In this document: piece by piece, positions 55,101-64,000 of the stretch
Numbering within the stretch: the first letter of the stretch is position 1
Layout: each line of letters starts with the position of its first letter
Source of the DNA: Botryllus schlosseri
Taxonomy: Eukaryota
Reading direction: 5' to 3'
Length of the DNA: 64,000 nt
NCBI GenBank assembly: GCA_051294905.1
Contig: CM119372.1
Location: forward strand, 8,310,001 to 8,374,000
Notes under the pieces: model-generated
The model's input: only the letters and a program-made list of their open reading frames with translations
Told to the model about the DNA's origin: nothing
The model's database searches: none
Position numbers and translations under genes: made by a program

Positions 55101-58100
55101 ATCTGGGCCTAAAATTCGACCGCAAGAAAAGCGCTTCAGTCGTGAATGATCGAAAATTGTCGCCATTGTCGCGATAAGCTACGTAAACTCTCTGCTTACG
55201 CTGAGTAGAATGGATGTAATCACAAGTACAGGTGAAAACATCCACCGAAGTGTAGGGTCTTGGGGCGAAGCCCCCGGAAATTTGGCTTATCGCCCTGTGG
55301 GGGCCCCAAGATCAACGTTTTTGGGGGTGGGCTGACGAAGTGCTTTTTCGGCCCGGATTTGCGGATGGCAGTTATAGCTGCTGCAATGTGTTTTCTTGCG
55401 GCACGCACTGTATTCGCAGTTGTCGGAGTAGCCTGCGTCTGGTGGCAGTGGGCAATGAGCAAGGTAGCACGACAAGGTGCTTGGTTCGACTCCGATAGGC
55501 TTCTTCCCTTGATATTGTCGGTTGGTATTGAGTTGGCGTGGCCGTTTAAACCCACGGCCTTTGGCGCGAAAGACTGTAAACGACTCTCAGCGGTAGCACG
55601 TTTATCTGGACAAGGCAATTTTACCTCGACTTGGCAGTCTCACTACCATAAAATCACATGGATGCCATCATGAATATTATTAAATACGATCAAAACCCTC
55701 CAAATGTCACTATCTAGCATCATATTATTGCCAAAAACGGTTGCATACTTTACATTTTGGCTTCATTTCAATTTTGACAGTTCACCGGTTCGCCAGACAT
55801 TTTTTGAAATTTTACCGGTCCGCAAGGCAAAAAAGGTTGAGAACCACTGATCTAGGCCAGTGGTTCTCAACAAATGTTGCGGACCAGTGAACCAACAAAA
55901 TCAAAATTTAACCTAAATTTATTTATGACAAATGTATGCTACTCAAATGTAATATATCGAAAACTTAATTTAATGCTTTCTTTTAGATGTTAGGTATTTA
56001 TACGTGGTTCTATTGAAGTTTCTGCAGGACGAAGCTTCTGTTAAAGAGCACTAACTTGATATTGATTGTTCGGTATCCTCTGAGAGAAATGCGACTTTGC
56101 TGTTTGCTATTTAGCAGTCTCCGCAGCTTTCATGTAGGCCAAGGGTTCTCAACCTGGGGAGCGCGGGAGGCTCTCAGGGGGGCGCGAGAAATTTTGTCAA
56201 TTTGTCAATGTTTTTATAAATTGTGACTGAACATGTGTTTCGCAACCATTCTGAAGATACGATTATTGAAGATTAAACTTAATTCGTATTCTAGAAAGTT
56301 TGACAAACTCAAACGCCAGCAGTCGCGCTCAACGGAGTATAGGCTGACTTCAACTTCATTAGAGCAATTTTTTTATATTCTTTGAAGATTTAGAGAAATT
56401 CCTAAGTGCAAGTCATTCATTACTTTATAGCTTTGGCAGTAGCCTAAATCTCTGTGCGCTAGGTAGCTGTTGTTGACAGACTTAGATGCAATATAGGTTG
56501 CCCGGTTTCGCCCTCAATTTGGCTATAAATCAACACAATTTACTTCATTTCCAAAACTGATCAAATTTAGCATGACAGGACAGAACGACGCCGTGCTCTC
56601 TGTAGTCACTATACCAGCATCAGGATTAGTCTCAGTGCAACCTACCTTGAAATTAATTGATGTCCTTTTCAATGTTTTTTTGTTATTTTCAAAGAAGTTT
56701 GGGGAAATTTGTCAGCACTGTAAAAGACTAAACAACTGTAATGCGGATTCAAAATTGGCGTAAGATATACCTTATGTATACTATTATATCAGGGGTGGGC
56801 AGCCAGAACAGCCGTAGACATGCAAATTGCAATTACGAATTCACTCCCGAATTTTCGAGAGATTTTATTTAATCTTGAAATTTTCTTCGCGCTCCGCGCA
56901 ATTCAACAAGACTTCATTGTTCGATTTTAATGCAGTAGCGCCCTTCTTAATTGGAGCGGGAATGGGAATCCTCAAGAAATAACAATTCATTCGCGGCTCT
57001 AAAAAATTTTCGCGGTCCGCGCGACAATATGCACTCCCCTCCCACCAACTATTCATAACATTGCCACTCGCGATTTCGGTGCGTACAATAGGCCGTGGTG
57101 AAATGTAGAATAGTCCGGAGTTCAGCGGGAATGGATATGGACAGTTTACCATAGGCATTTTGCGTCCAGATCGTTCATTGCGGCTATGCCCTGGAATGCG
57201 GCCTTAGGCTACATAAGTAATCGAAATGCGGCCATGATTAGTAGGATGGTTGCCCACCTCTGTATTAGATGATGTGCTCTTTTTGACATGACGATAAATG
57301 TAAGGGAGGTCAGGGGGCGCGATTTTTTTGACAATTGCCAAGGGGGTCGCGTGCCAAAAAAGGTTTAAGAACCGCTGATGTAGGCTATAACTGGTCCGAA
57401 ACGAGTTTTGTATAGGCTACTAGAAACAGTTCCGCGCAACACATGCACCATTGTGACGTGCGTCAAAAGCAGACTATGAACTCTCTATTATGACAACATG
57501 TAGAAAAATACGTTCCAAATTTCTGAATCAATTTAAAATTCCACATAATATTTCTCTAATTAATGGACAAGCGTCCAAAAGCTTGCATTCTGTGATTGGA
57601 ATATATTTGGCCGGTTGGCTGAGACCTTGCCACGAACCTGCGGTTGAGAACCACTATATCATATAAACAATGTCTTCTCTCATGACTGAAAGTATCAATC
57701 GAACATGCGCCACCTACATTATTACACAAAATACACATAGTTCAGTTGTATTCGACTATACGATGTATAACAAATAAACTAAGCGTAGACCAATAACTGC
57801 TGTGCATATAATGAGGTTGTTACATTGTTTGAATTCGTTATTGGTGCCAATCTTATTCATACTTAGGGTTACCATACGTCGTCTTTTAAGAGGATTTGTC
57901 CTCTTTTTTTACGTTTTTGCATAAATGTCCTTTTTTAGATTTCGTCCTCTTTTTTGAGAATTTTGTTCATATTTATAGCAAAATTCGACTGAGATGCCGT
58001 AAATCAGCACCGATGAGACGCTCCGGCGTGTGTTTCGGGAGCTGAGCGGAAGACCTTTTTTTAGTCAACCATCCGACACTGTGAAGGAAAAAACTGTATT

Positions 58101-60437
58101 TTGGGCGCTGAGCGAGAAAGTTCAACTTTTTTTTAGTCAACCGACCACACAGTGGGAAAAATATTACCATTTTTTGAGAATTCTCCTCCGGTTTTGCAAG
58201 TCTGAAAATTCTGAAAAAGTGTCCTCTTTTCAGATTTCCAAAATATGGTAACCCTAATTATACTATAATAAATACTGTGTGTTTGGATAGCAATAACATC
58301 AAGGCCCTAGACTCCAAGAGAAAAATTTGAGTAGCCCACAGTATCTACATTCGCATCATACCCGCCTTCGACTTGTTCACACGGTTTCGAGCATTCACCC
58401 TCTTCATCCTCGCCATTCAGACAGTCGTAGATACCGTCGCATTGCGAAATTATCGAAACACATTTGTTATGGTTGGATGCGTTTCTGCAAGCAATCTGTC
58501 CCACAGAACACGTGTGATTTAGTTCTTCGTCTCCTGTCGAAAAGTATTATGCTTGGAATTACTGTTTAATGCTTTTATATTTAATTTTAAATGCTGAAAC
58601 CGTACCGTCACATCCGATCTCATCTGAACCGTCTGAGCAATCCTCGCCTCCGTCGCATCTCCATTGGCTTGGTATGCAAGATGTCGGATCAAAGCAACTG
58701 AAACAAAACAGAATGTGTCTATATTTGGTACATCGTACGATGTACATTATACAGTATACCAGTATAATTTGCAACTTTACTTAAACAAATACCTACACGA
58801 CATGGTGCACATGCAGCATGTGCTATATAAGCCTATAATCTCTGTGTACTATACTCAGTATGCACACGATATACTTTGGTTTGCTATTCTCATTCCTACT
58901 CAGTCGTCATATAAATCCGCTTTTCTAATTTTATTGCCATTAGACGTGAGCTTTACTGAAACTGAATCAGTGTGGGCTCTTGACGCGAGCACTTTAATTC
59001 CTACCCGATCACAGACTACTAAAGATACGATGACAGCCCGGAAGATGTTCACTGTTCAATGTTCACCTATCTTCCGCGGACAGGTTCCCCACCAGATTCA
59101 GCGCCGGATAATATTACAATTAGGGCTGGGCGTAATGATCCGACTACTAGAATCTGAATCGAGTATTATTTCTAATGCTTCGAGTCGAGTCGTAAAAGAT
59201 GATTTTTTCGAGTACTGAAATTATACTCTCCTCGACACTGAAAGTTAATTTATCAATGAGAATTATAATTTTTATAGTAATTTTTACTGATGAAGCTTTG
59301 AGACTTTGACTGGCCGTACCGTAACATACAATACATATAGTACAAAGCTACGAACGTTACTGGGAATAACACATTTCCGAAGTCATGATCATTCCACAAC
59401 ATTGTCACTAAGTGCAATGAAATCGGTCAGGTCCAAAAATATCCAAGTATCTTTAATGTAATGGCTAACGGGCATTATATTCTTCGTGGTGGCATAAAAG
59501 GTACATATTTGTACTTTGACATATTACGTTCGGTTATGACGTCATAATGAGTGATACTCGATTACTCGACTCGAATTAGAATACGTGATTCAGAATCGAA
59601 TCACTTGGATACTCGATTTTGCCCACCCCTAATTACAAGTCCTATACTTTTTACTTACGCCATGTAATCACCGAAGCATTGAACAGAATCCTCGCACGTC
59701 TCCTTGCTTTCATCCGAGCGATCGGTGCAATCATGCACCCCGTCGCAAAGGGAATACCGATCTATGCACTGCGTACTGTCTGATTTACATTTCCAGGAAT
59801 CTTCCGAACACGTTACGTCGTAGTCGTAGTACTAGACAACGTACATAAGATAAAGTGAATGAAGAAATTGGAATGGCGTATCAAAAGAACTGTATATGTT
59901 TCGTTTGCTACGAGTAGAGAAACCCTGAAATCTCACATCGACATCATCACATTGCATTTCATCCTCTCCGTTCGGACAATCTGTTTCGCCTTCGCAACGC
60001 CACGCCGCAAGAATACATATTCCGGATGTACCGCATTCATATTCGTGATCTTCGCACTTGGTTTTATCTGCATGGTGATATAGCAGTTTTAAAAGCCATA
60101 GTCCTGGATATATAGTCTATAATCGAGTACTGAACTGCACGTTGATAGATGCTCGTCCATTCCATTCGTACAGTCTGGCTCATTGTCGCAAATCCACCTT
60201 TCGTCGATAGTAGTGTTTGCAGAGTCGTTACAATAAAACAGACTGACGGTGGATACGCCGAGAATATCCTGTGTCGCTAGAGTTGAAATGGTGCGAAGAT
60301 CCCAAAAGTAATCTGTGTCACCTACAGTACCGAAACGATAACATGACATTCATACCTGAGTTTGCTATGCAGTACTTACCAAGGCTGTAACTCACAAAAA
60401 CATATAATAATATACTATGATATGTACCGCCCACCAT
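31133..60437 (-). CDS. LDL-receptor-related protein, vitellogenin-receptor (yolkless)-like layout, 39 exons, about 1919 aa: SP, 5 LDLa, EGF, cbEGF, propeller, EGF, propeller, EGF, 5 LDLa, EGF, cbEGF, propeller, EGF, 2 sushi, TM, short tail
   Basis: Exons: 60380-60437, 60136-60276, 59937-60067, 59659-59831, 58606-58697, 58362-58533, 54356-54430, 54016-54173, 52258-52382, 51825-51978, 51636-51761, 51483-51576, 50500-50728, 49662-49893, 49455-49601, 48642-48731, 48466-48583, 47256-47462, 47019-47188, 42993-43112, 41922-42140, 41743-41859, 41562-41684, 40825-40880, 40564-40761, 39545-39671, 38862-38995, 38616-38787, 38425-38550, 37488-37669, 37283-37408, 35723-35859, 35502-35663, 35168-35439, 34496-34686, 33293-33410, 32020-32249, 31354-31454, 31133-31289. 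They sum to 5760 nt in one open frame. Motifs: start [20 protein letters not shown]; LDLa [20 protein letters not shown]; cb[65 protein letters not shown] few individual acceptors have in-phase alternatives. Confidence 0.9.
33518..33775 (+). mobile_element. tRNA-derived SINE
   Basis: A box tagcgtatagtgg, B box ggttcgagtcc; body homologous to 14778-15016; A-rich tail acaataacaata. Confidence 0.7.
39804..40440. mobile_element. Charlie/Buster-like MITE
   Basis: Imperfect TIRs caggggtcaccaac/gttgtcgatccctg with gcggcccgcg subterminal motifs. Confidence 0.65.
43223..43878. mobile_element. Palindromic MITE, second copy of the 7824-8485 family
   Basis: Long inverted arms taggggtgttaaaaatgac...gtcatttttgaacaccccta; high similarity to 7824-8485. 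Confidence 0.9.
45529..46534. mobile_element. hAT-like MITE containing a degenerate minisatellite
   Basis: TIRs taggcgcgtagcca/tggctacgcgcctg; flanks gcacacgc/acagacgc. Confidence 0.7.
48805..49059. mobile_element. Short MITE with AAGTA arrays
   Basis: Ends cagaggcagtca/tgaccacgtctg; flanks ataacaac/atgacaag. The same 3' end occurs at about 26290-26316; related AAGTA-rich relics lie at about 36715-36900 and 39168-39350. Confidence 0.6.
50813..51242. mobile_element. hAT-like MITE with G/C-run subterminal motifs
   Basis: TIRs cagtggtggc/gccaccactg; perfect TSD cttgaaaa. Confidence 0.85.
52799..53191. mobile_element. Fold-back MITE with CCATAG-type ends
   Basis: TIRs accatagtgtcctacatggtgtcgacacaagca / tgcttgtgtcgacaccatataggacactatggt. 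Same family as 7402-8721. Confidence 0.8.
53196..53771. mobile_element. Palindromic fold-back element with CTATAG ends and a 5-bp flanking duplication
   Basis: Inverted arms of about 190 bp, near-perfect; tctca on both flanks (53191-53195, 53772-53776). Confidence 0.85.
54477..57654. mobile_element. Cluster of tandem and nested Charlie/Buster-like MITEs (54477-55849; 55858-57654 containing 56140-57377, which contains 56789-57262)
   Basis: c(a/c)gtggttctcaac/gttgagaaccact TIRs; TSDs atctagac/atctaggc, atgtaggc (perfect) and tattatat/tattagat. Confidence 0.8.
57864..58256. mobile_element. hAT-like MITE (TAGGGTTACCATA ends, GTCCTCTTTT arrays)
   Basis: TIRs tagggttaccata/tatggtaacccta; flanks ttcatact/attatact. 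A 3' fragment lies at about 18290-18351. Confidence 0.75.
59121..59631. mobile_element. hAT-like MITE (family of 1680-2502)
   Basis: TIRs tagggctgggc/gcccacccta; TSD attacaat/attacaag. Confidence 0.85.
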
Positions 60438-61408
60438 ATTTCCCTTTTTATCGCTAAATACTCATCTTGCAATGCATCTGCGAACTAATAATTACGAAAA
60501 GCAAACGTAATTTTCATCGAAAATCATTCAACGCATTTAGACATGAATGATTGTCTCGACGAAGATATTGATCAGTTTAATTTCGGAGGTGCGCCACTAC
60601 TGGAACAATCAAAATGGAATATAACAGTCGCTTCAGAGGAATTCTTGTTCGTGAATGCGTTAATACGTGCCGGAAGTGGTAGATCGTGAATCCTGTATGT
60701 CTGCACGAATGTTTAGCATCACTATAGTACTACATTGCCTTACATAAGTGAAAGATTTTGCAGAAATTTCTGATATTCTCAGCATGAACATCCCTGGCAA
60801 TGATAGGGTTTTCTATCGTGAATCAGAATTCGATCGCACAGGACAAATGAATCCAACGTGAAACCCCAAGACTCTGTGTCATAATTTATACAAGTGCAAA
60901 CTTACTATATAGACCAGTTTAGATTTTTAAGAGTTCAAAAGATCAGAAGATTGCGATGCGGTGCAATGAAAAGATAGGAAGGAGGCAAAACTTCTTGGGA
61001 TTGTCTTTTAATCAAACAACCCCATGCCAACAGATAGTAATAAATGAATAACATGCATATGGGGATAGACATAAACGCTGTATAATGCATATACTCCAAT
61101 CGTGTACTATATCCACAACTTGGGGTACGAAACAAGTTTGTGAAGAAGCCGTTGATAAAGCGGAAACTTGAGTATTGGTGCGGTATCTGCGGCATACGCA
61201 TATATGAGGCATATACAATATACATTTGTACAATTGTAGCCTACACCTAACGAAAAGAAACAGAAGTTATAGCTTAAAATGGACAAGCAATGAAATTGAA
61301 TTGGCATGTGTCGGGAGGCGATATATGGCTATATATGAAACTATTCTGGCATTAGCTCGCGCACTGGACTTGACATGGAGGTCGACGGCATAGTCATTGA
61401 GTCATAAG

Positions 61409-61907
61409 TAGGGCAAGTTTTTGCAACTTTTGCAACTTGTTTTTACAGCTTCCGGCAGCTTCCTAAATACTCGTAAGATATGTAGAATGCTGTTTTAAGC
61501 TGTTTGAAGGAATCTTATAGTGCAACTTTTTGCAATTTTTGTCCATTTTTTTTTCATGCAACTTTTTGCAACTTTTTCGATTTCTCTTGAAAGTATTTTT
61601 GATTTTGGTGAAATACACGACCAAATTCGACTGAAATACCGTATAGCACTGAATTAACGCTCTTATATGTATTTCGGAAGCTGAGCCGGAAAGTTGACCT
61701 TTTTTTTAGTCAATCAATGGCGAATGCGGATGGAAAACTGCATTTCGGGGGAGGAACTGGGAAATTAACCCTTTTTTTAGTCAACCGAGCAAAATGTGGT
61801 CTTTTAGTGCAACTTTTGTGAAAAAATAAATCCAACTTTTTACTGCAAATTTTTTCAAAAATAAATGCAACTTTCCACGGATTTAACTACAACAAAGATT
61901 TGCCTTA
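61409..61907. mobile_element. hAT-like MITE with GCAACTTTT arrays (family of 3816-4361)
   Basis: Ends tagggcaagttt/atttgcctta; perfect TSD gtcataag. Confidence 0.85.
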
Positions 61908-62299
61908 GTCATAAGTATTTTCGTTGCTATATAATGGGTATTATTGTGCAACCCACGGATAGAGTTGGAATCAGCACTTTCATGTCATCGTTTCCAGGAT
62001 TTCGATATACAACTTGGGCAACAACTACAACAATGCTGGGGCTACGGTCTCCTCAGAGATAGCTGTCTGTGAAATGACTGATATAATTAGTAATAGGTGT
62101 TAATCTAATCTGAATTAGTAATCCCGATAGGGCTCGTACTTCTATGACAACACCTAATTGCACCTGAATGCACCTGAACAGATAGCGCCATTCAGTGACA
62201 AGACTGATTTTACAGAACATTGTGATAATTGTCACTGTAAATTGACATCTGCTGATGCGATGTTTCAAATGAAGTTCAGTCCTCACTTTGTAGTGTATT

Positions 62300-62814
62300 T
62301 AGGGCTGCATTTCAACTAAACAAACATGTTTAGAACGTGGGCCTTATTTCAAACGTGTTTTCATTGTTGTTGTTTTTGTATTTTAACGACGACGTCACGT
62401 ACCTTTAATTATGACGCCACAGTAGACATTGACCCTTGGCTCCTTCGACGAAAATAGCTTTCGACCCTATTCTTAAACGGACCAATCTCTGACTATCAGG
62501 TCAACATCGCTATGCAGCATTTTTACAGTCGGCGGTAATTATCACGAAAACGTCCATTCCGTACCAATGATATGCAACTACGTGCCGTAACTGTTCAACC
62601 ATCGACGATTTCGAATGTTTCAACCATTCCTTATCGTATACGTCAACTATATTGGGCGCATATCGTGTGTAGTTTTTTCGAAAGTTTTTACAAATTTATA
62701 GCACAAATATACAAAAAAATTCTCTTTTTCAATGGCCTTTTTTGAAAAACACTGTTTAAAACATGTTTCGAAAAAAACTGTTTTAAAGCACTGATTGTTT
62801 TAAATGCAATCCTA
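62300..62814. mobile_element. Probable MITE (tagggctgcattt...aaatgcaatccta)
   Basis: Imperfect TIRs; the interior matches about 19915-20050 plus 20920-21110, and the start resembles 12762. Confidence 0.6.
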
Positions 62815-64000
62815 ATTTTACGCAATCTCGTGGTGTTTTGATCCGATAAAATTTAAATACCATGACGGACTGACTTAATGCATTTTTCGATCATGCAAAA
62901 TGTAGAAGTAAAACAGGCAATATAGCTCGATCAAAAAAGGACACCTATAATTGTGAATTGATTCTTGAACCGACTTGTGAGTAACGTTCGTTTTTTTGGG
63001 GGGGAGGGATAAGCCGCTTCTATCTAAACTCAACAATGTTTTCTAAAGAAACATTGTACATGCGCTCCATCACGCGACTTTACAAACAAATGAAAATACC
63101 TGTGAATATGATTACATCAATGAGTGCAATATATATTGAGATTACAACAAATATTTCGCTTCGATCGATGTGTTTTGTTTAGAATTAGAGTCGGAGTTAT
63201 ATGCTAATGGCAGATCGTATGTTTGAATAGTTTTTAGACGGTAGGTACTAATGTAATTTTGTGTCTGCGTTTAAGAACTGCGCTGTACGAGATAGAGCTA
63301 CATCACTATACCAAAATATCTCGCTCGTGTTGGAAGAATTTCAGAAGCGTGGTAACATTCACGATCTTGATACAGGCACAGAAGGTGGCAACTTCGTCTG
63401 GTCGTTGCGTATCTGTATGCGGGACGCTGTATCTGCTATGTCCAGAAGTAACTCGTATTTGGAAGAGAGTGGAGTTTGGTGTCCGGATGAGGAAAGTGGA
63501 GACAACCTGTCATCAGTAGTTGTATCGACTTCCACGAGCACAGCACGTGCCAAGGCAAAGCACAGGTACCTTCGTTGCAGAAGCTCTGTTCGTGTATTCA
63601 TATTTGTGTTGGTGATTCTACGATTATGCGCATTTTTACTCAACATTTTCACGAAAACATTCGGATATAGCATTGCTTTGCTAACAGTCTTGGTGAATAT
63701 TGATTTACAGGAGACAAATAGAATTTTCAAATGTGAATTATTCAATTAATTAAAAAATTGAATATTAGGTTTATGCGACACCCAATCTTTTGACGCAGCG
63801 TAGTAATATACACTACTATATAATAAATGAAGAGCTTCTTGGAGGTACAGAACTTCAATATACAATTGAATAGTATATTCATGTTGAAATAAACCCGAAT
63901 ATTTTCGGCTGACACTCGTCAGGGGTAATCGTCAGCAACTAGTAGAGAGAATTGGAAAGAACATTGTATATCAACAATCGTATAACAAAATATGACGTCA

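Noticed and set aside
55220..55673. Overlapping 132- and 137-aa ORFs and a Cys-rich 62-aa ORF
   Set aside because: They lie inside nested MITEs, partly over a repeat terminus. There is no domain pattern, and the phase needed for the receptor hits a stop.
58664..59218. Longest ORF in the track (184 aa, +), and similar ones such as 464-910, 11698-12132 and 22640-23059
   Set aside because: These are antisense shadows of real exons or run into MITEs, with no recognisable protein features.

Overview
AT-rich eukaryotic, intron-containing animal DNA, not prokaryotic. It is probably a marine invertebrate and plausibly a tunicate (inference from gene content, 45-90 nt minimal introns and the repeat landscape). 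Most entries in the ORF track are spurious or exon fragments. Three spliced genes were reconstructed by hand with consistent splice phases. (1) The 3' four exons of a divergent annexin (+, 650-6300). (2) A secreted mosaic protein of about 381 aa (-, 28776-9256): signal peptide, IGFBP N-domain, TIL, Thr/Pro linker, TIL, Trp/Cys-rich repeat, EGF-like, second Trp/Cys-rich repeat. (3) A complete 39-exon, about 1919-aa LDL-receptor-family gene (-, 60437-31133) with the layout of arthropod vitellogenin receptors, plus two juxtamembrane sushi/CCP domains and a tail lacking a canonical NPxY. Introns and intergenic DNA are packed with many distinct non-autonomous hAT-like MITE families (8-bp target-site duplications, several nested), long fold-back elements and a tRNA-derived SINE. 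I saw no intact transposase, rRNA, true tRNA or CRISPR array. All gene models are manual and need RNA-seq confirmation.
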